Below, piece after piece: positions 20,798 through 31,786 of a stretch of 36,754 nt of DNA (the stretch's first letter is position 1; each line of letters starts with the position of its first letter). The position numbers were made by a program, and so were the translations under genes. The stretch spans positions 1 through 36,754 of the forward strand of contig NGBS01000922.1 of assembly GCA_002245135.1 (NCBI GenBank), in the 5' to 3' direction. Below the pieces are notes generated by a model. It did no database searches, was not told where the DNA came from, and worked only from the letters and a program-made list of their open reading frames with translations. The stretch comes from Proteromonas lacertae. Lineage: Eukaryota.

Positions 20798-22522
20798 ATG
20801 AAATATTATATTGATATACAATTATTAAGGGGTTTTTCAATATTATTTATAATTTTATTTCATTTTAATATTATTAAAAGCGGATATAAAGGAGTAGATG
20901 TTTTTATACTAATATCAGGATTTTTAGTATACAATCAATACGAGAAAAACAAATCAATTTTATTATTTTTTGTGCATAGGATTCAAAGAATAATAATACT
21001 ATCATATTTTGTGCAGTTTTCGATATTAGTATTCTATTCAGTATATGATAAATATGATATATCAAATGTAATTGATGAATATAATAATGCTTTACTATTT
21101 GTTTCAAATATTTACTATTATTACATAGGTAATGATTACTTTTTGTCTAATACTAAGAAAGTGTTGTTACATTATTGGTATATATCAATGGATCTTCACT
21201 TATATTTCATATATCCATTAATTCATAAAGCAAAAATGATTTTCATATTCATATTTTATTTAATATCCATGATAATTGATATAAAAGATAATAATTTTTC
21301 ATATTATTTTGCAATAACTAGGTTGTATGAATATTTAATAGGAAAAGCATCATTTATTTATAGAAGAATAAATAATAAGTATATAAAATGTATTTCAATT
21401 ATATTAATACTCAATTCACTTTCCATTACAAATAGTAATTACTATTTAAGCAATATAGTAATTCTATTATTTACTTTTATATATTTAGTAAATGAATCAC
21501 AAAGTATTAGTATATATATTATTGAAAAAATAGGAAATATTTCATATATCTTATACCTTATTCATTATCCATTATCAATTAAAAATAATTCAATTATGTT
21601 GCTAATTTTTTTATTACCCATATATGTTATTCTTAAATATATAGAAAGCTCTATTACTATACATTTAAAAGAACTCAATATAGTATATTCATTAGCATTT
21701 GTTCTGTTCTATTATTTTATCTGCAGAATTGTGTCATTTAAAATATCAAAGAGTAAAACAGAATTAAAAGATATTGTTCCAAAGTACACATTTATTGTTA
21801 CTTGTTGTGATAATTTTGAATATAGTAGAAATGATATATTAATTATTGGTGATTCTCATTCATACAGATTCCTTGTAAATGTTTTGCTTAAAATATGTGG
21901 AAATAAAATTAAGATATACTATAAATTTGTTTATACAAACTGGATAATACATAATTCTATAAAATATATTAATGATGTTTATAACATATTTTATCTAATA
22001 ATATCCATGAATATGATATCTTGTAGATTAAATTATAAGCTACCTATTTTGATTGATGAATATACAAAGTATGTTCTATTCTTAAAATCAAAATGTAAAT
22101 ATCTAATAGTATATAAACCTACACCTACTTTCAATAAGTCAATAGATTGTTTAACGCAAATAAAAAAAAGAATTGCATTAATAAACCATAATATTACTTA
22201 TATACCTTTCAATCTTAATATCGCATATAATGATTATTTAGTTCTTAACGATCTATCGAAATATTATTGTAGCAAAAGAATATGCAACCTTACATATAAT
22301 AATAGATGTATTTATGATGATTATAATCATTTAAATCCATATTTCTATCGTAGTATATTTTATAATGTCAAGAATGATATACAAAAATACATTCCACAAG
22401 TTAAACAAAAAGACATAAAATGCAAAAATTTTATTGTATATAATAATATAATCCCTTACAATTGGTTATTTTTGAGGAGTTTCTGTATTAAATCATATTA
22501 TAGTAAATCAGATTTAAAATAG
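20798..22522 (+). CDS. AT3-SGNH (OafA/OatA-like) O-acyltransferase, intact ORF
   Basis: Motifs DIQLLRG, GVDVFILISG, LLHYWYIS, RLYEYLIG, GNISYILYLIHYP, IGDSH and DYNHL. Confidence 0.9.
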   Translation: MKYYIDIQLLRGFSILFIILFHFNIIKSGYKGVDVFILISGFLVYNQYEKNKSILLFFVHRIQRIIILSYFVQFSILVFYSVYDKYDISNVIDEYNNALLFVSNIYYYYIGNDYFLSNTKKVLLHYWYISMDLHLYFIYPLIHKAKMIFIFIFYLISMIIDIKDNNFSYYFAITRLYEYLIGKASFIYRRINNKYIKCISIILILNSLSITNSNYYLSNIVILLFTFIYLVNESQSISIYIIEKIGNISYILYLIHYPLSIKNNSIMLLIFLLPIYVILKYIESSITIHLKELNIVYSLAFVLFYYFICRIVSFKISKSKTELKDIVPKYTFIVTCCDNFEYSRNDILIIGDSHSYRFLVNVLLKICGNKIKIYYKFVYTNWIIHNSIKYINDVYNIFYLIISMNMISCRLNYKLPILIDEYTKYVLFLKSKCKYLIVYKPTPTFNKSIDCLTQIKKRIALINHNITYIPFNLNIAYNDYLVLNDLSKYYCSKRICNLTYNNRCIYDDYNHLNPYFYRSIFYNVKNDIQKYIPQVKQKDIKCKNFIVYNNIIPYNWLFLRSFCIKSYYSKSDLK

Positions 22523-22548
22523 TGATTAAATCATTAACATTAGAAAAT

Positions 22549-22848
22549 CATTTCTTATTTTATATAGAAAGATTTAATAATTATTATATTCTAATTATTT
22601 CAGCTAATGTATTTTAGTCTATATTAGCTAAATATGCATTTAGTTTGCTTCAAAAATTTCTAGAAAACAAACGGCGCAAATATTCAAACTATTTATATTA
22701 ACAAAAAAGTATATTGCAGAGGTAGGTCATATAACAAAGTAAGTATAAAAGTAACAATTTTTCATCAAGACAAGTAAGAATATACATTTAATTTGTTTTA
22801 AAAGTGTCTGGTAGACAAATGGCCAACTATGACAAATGGCACACAACA
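22549..22848. repeat. Right half of the MITE (part of the spacer plus a complete 260-bp TIR ending ...CACAACA)
   Basis: Near-identical direct copy of about 24316-24614. Confidence 0.92.
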
Positions 22849-22968
22849 ATCTTCTCATGATATTAATAAAACATGTGAAGATGTGCCATATAAATATTTA
22901 TCAAATTTATTAAAAACTAATTTTGAAAAAAGGAACTAAAAAGGGTACTATTCTTTAAATAAACTTGA

Positions 22969-23853
22969 TTAAGTATTGCACTTCATACCAAAATTTGATC
23001 TATATGTATTCTCTAATGAAATTAATTCTTTCACTTTCTTATTGTAATCTTTATCTTCCCAACACTCATTTCTGTTTATCATTTTAATATTGCATTGCTT
23101 ATATCCATTATCTGTTAGCATCTTTCTCACTAACATGTTTTTATTATTCCTATTTCCATTAAACTCTATTGTCCAGTAATGGACATAAACAGAAAAATCA
23201 AAAGTTTGCAATACATTATATTCAGCTCCTTCAACATCCAATGAAAAAAAGTCAATATGTGTTATATTGTGAATATGTAATATGTTGCTTATATTGCTAC
23301 ATTTTACAGTAACTGACTTTATTCGATCTAATCCGAACCAATTTTTAGGTAATTCTTCTGATATTCCCCCTACTGCTGATTTTTGTTTATATTCTGTTAT
23401 ATCTTCTTTACACACAGCTGAACAGATAATTTGTGATCGTGGTCTTTTGCTTTGATTTTTCAATAGCTTGATGCAATTATCAAATCCACCCTCAATTAAC
23501 AATCCTGACCAACCTAAATAATTTTCAAAAAAATATGTGTTGCTATAAGTTAATCCATCTAAAGCACCTAATTCAATATATATTCCATTTAATTTATTTT
23601 TAAAGAAATTGTTATAAAATAGTCTATCTTCTCCTGATTGACTATGAAATGATTTATTAAATTTCTCATTTACATCATTATATAGACAACTCCATAATCT
23701 TGGGTATAAATTACTTTCATAGTATGTTTGATATGTAAATATTTTTGAAATACTGCATTTGTTACTAAATACTTTATTGCTATTAATATTTATTAAACAA
23801 TATACTAATGTGATGATAGAAATAATGGATAGAAATACAAAATAAATATTCAT
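22969..23853 (-). CDS. FkbM-family (Methyltransf_21) methyltransferase, signal-anchored
   Basis: Motifs SQSGED, YIELGALDG..SNT..FE..LGWSGLLIE and HIDFFSLDVEGAE. Confidence 0.92.
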   Translation of the reverse strand: MNIYFVFLSIISIITLVYCLININSNKVFSNKCSISKIFTYQTYYESNLYPRLWSCLYNDVNEKFNKSFHSQSGEDRLFYNNFFKNKLNGIYIELGALDGLTYSNTYFFENYLGWSGLLIEGGFDNCIKLLKNQSKRPRSQIICSAVCKEDITEYKQKSAVGGISEELPKNWFGLDRIKSVTVKCSNISNILHIHNITHIDFFSLDVEGAEYNVLQTFDFSVYVHYWTIEFNGNRNNKNMLVRKMLTDNGYKQCNIKMINRNECWEDKDYNKKVKELISLENTYRSNFGMKCNT

Positions 23854-23977
23854 AACTTTATTTATTAATTTAAATATAAAAAAGAAAAGAAAAAATGATA
23901 AAATATATATTTTTTATATCTATAATATAAACAGAGAATATTATAATGATATATATTGGATGAGAAAAAGTGAGAGG

Positions 23978-24614
23978 TGTTGTGCGCCATTTGTCATAGT
24001 TGGCCATTTGTCTACCAGACACTTTTAAAACAAACTAAATGTATATTCTTACTTGTCTTGATGAAAAATTGTTACTTTTATACTTACTTTATTATATGAC
24101 CTACCTCTGCAATATACTTTTTTGTTAATATAAATAGTTTGAATATTTGAGCCGTTTGTTTTCTAGAAATTTTTGAAGCAAACTAAATGCATATTTAGCT
24201 AATATAGACTAAAATACATTAGCTGAAATGATTAGAACAACTTAATGTTGATCATAAGACATTTAAAATGAAAAAAGAAAATATAGAATCAAGCCTCACT
24301 CAAGCCTATTTTTTACATTTCTTTTTTATATAGAAAGATTTAATAATTATTATATTCTAATTATTTCAGCTAATGTAATTTGGTCTATATTAGCTAAATA
24401 TGCATTTAGTTTGCTTCAAAAATTTCTAGAAAACAAACGGCTCAAATATTCAAACTATTTATATTAACAAAAAAGTATATTGCAGAGGTAGGTCATATAA
24501 CAAAGTAAGTATAAAAGTAACAATTTTTCATCAAGACAAGTAAGAATATACATTTAATTTGTTTTAAAAGTGTCTGGTAGACAAATGGCCAACTATGACA
24601 AATGGCGCACAACA
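23978..24614. mobile_element. Complete 637-bp non-autonomous element (MITE) with 260-bp TIRs and TGT...ACA termini
   Basis: TIRs 23978-24237 and 24355-24614 are nearly perfect, with a 117-bp spacer. GACAAATGGC occurs twice at each terminus. No TSD detected. Confidence 0.92.
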
Positions 24615-25052
24615 ACAATGATTAATCTATAGATACAACAAAATTAATATGATGAGATGATGATTTTTCAGGATATATTACACCAGCTTCAGCAACAGCT
24701 TTAGCAAGATTATGTTACACCAGTTAACCAGAGAATAAGTTCATCTGTTGTGATTGAAGAACTACCACCTAAGATTCTATAAATAACAGTGACTAAATGA
24801 CAAATATAAACTTGTTACTTTTAAACTTACTTTGTTATATATCCTATATCTGCAATATACATTATTTTAGATATTGAAGGAGTTGATCCATTATTTTAGA
24901 GCTAGTAACTGTAAGTGTATTCAATACAGAGGAAGTGATTTGAAGTATAAACATATAGCTTTAGTTGAGATGATAATGATGAGAACATCATTAAATACTG
25001 GATCAGTTACAGACAATGTGAATATATTAATACCTGAAAGTTTAGTTGGAAG

Positions 25053-26220
25053 ATAATAGTAGAATCAAAAATGGGTTTGGCTTGGCCATCCCATCCTCTT
25101 TTAATACAATACATATGTATTGTCTTTATTATTTTGTAGATTTACAAGTTTGACTTGATAGAGTTTTTATAAAATAAAAGAAAACTATCAATAATTCAAC
25201 CAAAAAAATATAACCAAAAATAATAAAAAAATACTAAACTAGCTGTTGTATTTTTTTTATTTTTATTTCTCGCTTTTTGAAATGTCTCTTTATCTATTGA
25301 TTTTTATATCATAAATCTATTGCTACCTTATAGGTAATCAACAAAATTTTACTTTTAGACTGATCAAATAACTATTTCATAATTAAAAATCGAAAAAACA
25401 AAAATACAACGATTTCAATAAAAATAGTCGTTTTGTTTGAATTTTCATTCCCTTTATTTAGATCTTTCTCGCTAATTAGAGCAAATGAGATCCCCAAAAC
25501 AACTATGTAAAGTCACTGTCAAAAAAACTCCTGTTACAGAGTCTGAAAAAGAGAAAATTAGAGCTATGGTAAAACAATCTTGTAGTATTGGAGAAATTGC
25601 CTTAAAAATGGTAAGAACCAAGAGTACTATTTGGAAGTACTTACAAATTATGGGGTTGAAGACGTCCAAAGCCAAATCAAGTATTTCACCACCTAAGGTT
25701 AGAAGAGGGAGAAAGCCAATTATTTTGAACTCTATCATTAGTGGGCAAGCTGTTAGAGATTATATCTTGAGAAATCAAGTTAATGGCACTACAATTCAAT
25801 CTGCCAAAACACTCAGAAATGTGTTGGTGAAGAACAGCTTAATCCCCTCAACAGTATCATTAAGTACTATTCGTCGTTATTGTAAATCATGGAAGATCTT
25901 TTTTGGAAATAGTGGAGTTTGTCTAGGCTTGACCCAAAAGAACGTTGAAGAAAGATTAATGACAGTATCTCAAAACATATTCTTGGATTATAAGACGATT
26001 ATGTTCTCAGATGAATCGATGATTAGACTTAGAAATGTTAAAAGTGTTGGATGGAGTATCTAGAATTTGGAATTAAATTATGTCAAGCCAAGCCACCAGA
26101 CATAATTATGCTTTTAGATATCGTGAAGCATGTATGACATGTCTTTACAAACAGGGTGACTTCGTTCTAGACAATGACATTAAAAGAATTAGAAAGATAA
26201 CAAACATCCCAGAAGAGTAA
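25053..26220 (+). mobile_element. Tc1-family transposon copy B: intact N-terminal part (25485-26063), catalytic core deleted, C-terminal remnant to 26220
   Basis: HTH-like region, RRGRKP linker, SLSTIRR and IMFSDES, then a jump to RIWN*...RYREACMTCLYKQG. Short TIR-like match at 24812-24860. Confidence 0.82.
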
Positions 26221-27127
26221 TTAGCCTAAAAGAAGGTTCTATACAATTTTATACAATTGTCCGAATTAAAAAAATATTTTGTAGGGGTTTTTCATTTGAT
26301 TTTATGTTAACCAAAATTAATACATATAATATAGTAGTCATTTAAAATATTAACTCAAAAGTATTTCAACTAGTTTAGAGTAACTCAAAATATAAAATAC
26401 TCGAGCTTGACTTAATTTATTTTGTTAAATAGAAAGAGATATGGAATTTCATATTTTTAAAAATATATATTAGAAAAATCAAATAAAAAGCAAAAGAAAG
26501 TTAAAAAAAATGAATCGAACGTTCGAGCCAAATCGAACGATATTTTTGAAACTACTATTACAATCTTCAACTAATGTTTTATGATTACTATTTAAGTCTA
26601 ATTCACATTGTATACTTCCAGAATTATCGTGACAATGTGAATATACTATTACCTAAAAGTTTAGTAAGAAGAAATTGTTTAATTAATTAAGCCAATTATA
26701 GTAAAGAAGCTGAGAGTATGTGTTTCATATACAGTTTTCCTACAAAGAGTATGTTTATAGAATGAATTTAACATCTTTAAAGTATCCAGTAGATCCTGTC
26801 AATCATATAACTATCAATATATAACTATAGTGAATAAAGAACCAATATCTTTGTATGGAAAAACAGTATGGATTTTCATAACTATAAGTTTATGAAAATG
26901 ATTTCTGTTGTGTTAAAGGCACTTTTAGTAAACATATGTTAAGTAGTTGGTGTTAAAACTATGAAGAAAAACATGATGACAATTTAAATTCTAATAAAAT
27001 TTGACTGATTGTTTATATAAATCTTCATTATAGATTTTATTTAAATAACTAACTATCAAATAAGCCAGCAACAAGGAATAGAATGATTAAACATCGAATT
27101 AGTATTTTTAATAAGACAAAATAATTA

Positions 27128-27895
27128 TTAATTCTTATGAGTAATCCAAATTGTTACTACGCCGTATTCGTAATAATAATCATATCTGCTCCAATAATTA
27201 GGTATGATATTAATTGCCCATTTGTATCTTTTTCTTTCTGAATTGTCTAATAACAAAATACCATTTTCTTTTTTAATTATCTTAATAGCTCTAAGTATGC
27301 AGCCTGTTCTTGCTCTTCCATCAACGCTAATATAATCAAAGATATAGTTTTTTAAATAATTGTTCACTACATATGATTTATAGCATACATTGTAGTTTAA
27401 ATGTTTACTTATGTATTGGCTATCATTTTGACAAACTGACAATTTATCATTATTTATGTTATATATTTTTATTTTATTGCTTATATTTAATTTTTCAATT
27501 GTATATTTAACCTTTTTATACCACTGATAAGAGTTTTCTATAGAAATTAACATTTTCATTCTTAGACCTAACCAAATAGTGCTTGATCCTGAGCTCCATT
27601 CCAATCCAATTGCATTATTAGGAAGTATATGATCTAATACATATATACATTCTCTTGCTATCCATGGCTCACAATTATTCCCTGTATTGTAACTATTTCT
27701 TCTTACTTCGCCTAACATGGAAGATTTATCACATATTTCTATTTGAACCCTATTATACTTAATCATTTTTCGAAAATTATATCTTAATTTATTAATTTTT
27801 CCATCAATATAATTAACATATTTCTCATTTTTAATCATGCTTAAATATATATAAAAAGCTAGTATAAATATACATAAGATTAATAACCTAAACAT
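27128..27895 (-). CDS. Class I SAM-dependent methyltransferase, signal-anchored
   Basis: Motifs EPWI, LEWSSGSSTIW, SIENS..WY and FDYISVDGRAR..C...GILLLDNSER. Confidence 0.85.
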   Translation of the reverse strand: MFRLLILCIFILAFYIYLSMIKNEKYVNYIDGKINKLRYNFRKMIKYNRVQIEICDKSSMLGEVRRNSYNTGNNCEPWIARECIYVLDHILPNNAIGLEWSSGSSTIWLGLRMKMLISIENSYQWYKKVKYTIEKLNISNKIKIYNINNDKLSVCQNDSQYISKHLNYNVCYKSYVVNNYLKNYIFDYISVDGRARTGCILRAIKIIKKENGILLLDNSERKRYKWAINIIPNYWSRYDYYYEYGVVTIWITHKN

Positions 27896-28029
27896 TCAAC
27901 AAATTAAATAATTTAAAACACAATCAATTTAATTATCTCATTAGAATACTCACAATTTTAAGTTTATAATTGTAGTTTACTAATTCCTAGTGATCTTTCG
28001 ATCTAATGAAACGTAATCAATCCTCTTCA

Positions 28030-29156
28030 TCATCATCTGATAGATTAACCTTACAATTTGTAAATCCAGGAGGCTCCGACTAGTTCAGAATTTCCTCTCA
28101 CTTTAAGCACCTCGTGTTAATTTGTTGTTATTGCAGCAAAAGGCGGCTGATAGAAATTAAAAGAGACTGCAAGTACTTTTATAAGATCTGTAGTCAATTC
28201 TTTGGAGAACGTAATAAGTATCAACTACTATACAGGATGAGACGTGTGAAACTATGCAAGAATAAGTTGCCTTTGAATGGAGTATTATATTATAGGTGCT
28301 TCAAGATCCACCCAAGGGTCGTAGGTATCATCAAACGAAGAATCATCAACACCGTAAGAAATTTACATTCTCTTATAAGCTTATCGTCAACACTGAAGTA
28401 TGTACCTGAAGTGCCTTTGAAGTCAATGAAGGTAAAGGAGGAGATAACAACTACCCTTAGATGTCGTAGGCCAACATTGTACGTTCCCCTTGAAGATGGA
28501 AGTGGTTGTTGTGCGTTGTTGAGCTAAATGCGCCGTTGAGCGTTAAGAAGACTATTTTTAATTCTAAAATGATAGTGTAACTAATGCATTGTCCCATACC
28601 TCCATGGATTCTTTTGCTAGGTTAAAGTCAGGATCCAAATGAAGTCTTATGTGGTTCTAGTCTACATCCATCTCCATAATCATCTAGCCATCTAGACTAA
28701 CTAGTATCACCGTACCATTACAAGAAGCAAGATCCTTTACCTGGATAGCGTCCTGTTATTCTCAGCCTCGGACTTTAAATGAACTTTAACATCTCGTTTA
28801 TTCTCAGCCTTACAATTAGTTACCAATTTCCTCGGTACTTTAATTGGACTCAACTTCCTTGGTTGTTGTTGTTGTTTACTTCCTCGGGCTGTTCTCATCC
28901 TTGTAAGTCTCTTAGAAGTAGATGGTGGTGTACTTAAAGGTTCATCGTTAGTGTAGTCTGCATCAATGGTTGCTAAAAAGCTTAAGTAATCCACAATGGC
29001 TTTAATGAGTTCTTCCTTTAGTATTGCTTTACCTTGCTATGTAATCACCTGTGATGACTTCCTTATGGTTCTACTACTAGCTCCTTGTTTCTTTACTCGG
29101 AGCTTCTTACCCTCCTTGGATGACTTAAGCAATCGTGTATAAATGATTTTACTCAT
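28030..29156 (-). other. Relatively GC-rich degenerate coding-like segment of unknown origin
   Basis: ATG 29156 is in frame with ORF 28737-28994 across one TAG. Downstream frames are riddled with stops. Composition is visibly less AT-rich than the flanks. Confidence 0.3.
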
Positions 29157-29170
29157 GTAAAATTGATCCC

Positions 29171-31415
29171 AATAGGATAGAAGGTGATGATAAATATATA
29201 GATTCTGATAAGCATAGAGATTCTAGTAATTATATAGAATTATATTTTGATTATTTAAATGACATAGAAATATTAGAATGGTTTAAATACTGTATTGATT
29301 GTGATGATGTTGTTGATGGCAGTAATACTGCTGATGATATTTATATTGATGTTAAAAGTAATGATTTTAAAAATGTATGCAAAAAATATGGTAATATACC
29401 TCGACATATTTATTACCATTATTTATATAATAAAAACTATAAAGATAGAGATTATTGGGAATATTATAAAAAAAGATAAATATATGAAGAAAGATAATTT
29501 GGCAGATAATGATTTATCCAATATTATATTGAAATATGATTTAAAATTAGAATGGGATAATGAATTAAATGATTATTTATTAAAACCAAAAGACCATTTA
29601 AAGTTCATTTCTGATTATGTTGAATATTTCATTGTTTTTAAATTCTATCCACCTAAAGATGAGACAGAGTATGAGGATGTAAAAGATAAGTATATATCAA
29701 TTGGCGATGATAAATATATTAGAAAAATGGCATTAAAACAAATAATAGCATATGAATTAAGTACTGAAATTATGAAGTTGAAATATACAGATTCTGATGG
29801 TAAAGAAATAGTGATTGAAACTAATCCAAATTTCAAATTAAACAATGAAAAACAAGTCTATCTTCATTATCCTCCAAATGCATTTCATTTTGTTTATTAT
29901 ATATTGGACGAAAATAATTCTTTGATTTGATAATGAATGGAATATTTATAAAAATCTTATTAGATGATGAAGTGTTTGATAAGTAAGAAAGATAGAGAAA
30001 AAATGGAAGATTGTATAAAGGTATGAATATATAATATATTTATAATAAAATAGGAATACAGAAGAAGATTTTGATGTATATTACAATGGTAAAGAATTGA
30101 TGTTAATGAGAAAATGTTTCGATGATATGTTGAATTTAATTTATCCTGAAGATTTAGATATGAATTATATACATCAAAGAAATTACTTGGTATTTGGTCA
30201 AAAACAAATTGGTAAATCCGAATTAGCAAAAATTATTATAAACAAAATTCATAAAAAGAATAACAATATTCGAATAGAATTTAGATATATATCTGGACAA
30301 TCTGATAATAGTGAGTATTATTATTTTAAGGATGAAAAAGATTATCCTGATGCAAAAATGATAATAGTATTAGCTAATCCATGTGATAAAAAGTGTAAAA
30401 CATTTCAAAACAAAAGATGTCCTTTGATGATGTATATACCTCCATTTACAATAGAGGAAGTGAAAAAAGTAATGAAATTGAAAGATCTAGCATTAATCAA
30501 ACCTGATAAAAAAGGATTTATTAAATATACATTAATAGAAAAGAAATCAAATGTTTTTGTGGGTGATCATTTAAAAAGAAGAGTAAGTTTATATCTCAAG
30601 AACTATGAATATTACGGAGGATTATTGGAAAATATAATTATGATATGAAGAAGTGTGACAGAGAAATAAATGATATGGACAAAGAAGTGATTGACGATAT
30701 GATCCAAGGTATAAATATATCACCTTATCAAAAGCAAAATATCAAAATATACTTACATATGAGACAGATAAAAATGATGTTACTAAATCTAATAATCTTC
30801 GATTTATCTCTGACACAGTAAGAAGTATTGTATGTAATAAACTATTAACAATTAATTCATTTGATAAATGTCATGAAATGATAGATTTATTGTTTGAAAA
30901 TCAAGATGGAAGTTTTGCTGGAAATTTATATGAAAGAATAATATTATTTTTGATGAAAAATTCTGATGATTTTAGATAAGACAGTTGTTACAAAGCATGT
31001 AATTAGTGAGAAAAAATTGGGTAATGAAATTGATTCATTTAAAGAGAGTCATGATAATTGTGAAATCCCATTTATTGACTTCAGTTATGATATTACTTTT
31101 TCAGATATTGATGCATTACTTGGACCTTTTGGCGTTCAAATTACAGTTGGTAAAGAACATAAATATACATCTGAAATGACAATGACTCTGCAAAATTTGT
31201 ATAGGATTTATAAAAATGGATATAACTATACAGAAAATTATTATAAGAAAACCAATTTAAAATTGAAATTTGATTTTATTTTGATAAGTCCAAGAAAAAA
31301 TGTTGAATTAATAAAAGTATCTAGAAATACAGAAGCATATCCAGATATTTTTCAGAAACTAACAAATGACAATTTAAGGAGAATTTGTATTTTCAGCCTT
31401 AGGTTCAAATTTTGA
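29171..31415 (+). pseudogene. Crinkler/RHS-type (CR) P-loop NTPase plus PD-(D/E)xK nuclease pseudogene
   Basis: Across several frameshifts: YGNIPRHI, MRKCFDDML, LVFGQKQIGKS (Walker A), PPFTIEEV, YYGG, RFISDTV, AGNLYERII and DIDA....VQITVGKEH. Confidence 0.65.
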
Positions 31416-31527
31416 GCCTTACTTTTTTTAGCTAGTCCGATAGTTTCTAAACTTCGATATTAAACTTAATTAGGTCAAAAACATATAACTAATCTATTCT
31501 AAAAAAATTGAAGCTTTCTTAATATAT

Positions 31528-31644
31528 GTATAACCGTAAGAATATCACTGTAGGTGGGTAACCCGTACCAGACTATTCTTAGGTGCCTTCTACAGGTAAG
31601 AATAAGCGATTTGAGTGTGAATTAGTTTTTGGTACGGGTTATAC
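31528..31644. repeat. Nested inverted/direct repeat structure
   Basis: TAACCCGTACCA (31559-31570) pairs with TGGTACGGGTTA (31630-31641). Inner stem TATTCTTA/TAAGAATA. An upstream variant GTATAACCGTAAGAATA lies at 31528-31544. Confidence 0.75.
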
Positions 31645-31786
31645 TGGAGGAAGCGGTGAGTTTAAATTTCTTTATATATTTTAGTGTATGAGTAATTTTA
31701 TGGGTTAAAATTTTTTCTTTTGTTTTTTGTATATAATTCCATTTAACTTTTTCTTATTGTTTTTTATCAATCATAATTTCAAAAGA

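Noticed and set aside
28030..29156. Foreign gene using TAA/TAG = Gln
   Set aside because: Even with UAR reassigned, in-frame TGA codons and frameshifts remain; ordinary decay explains it.
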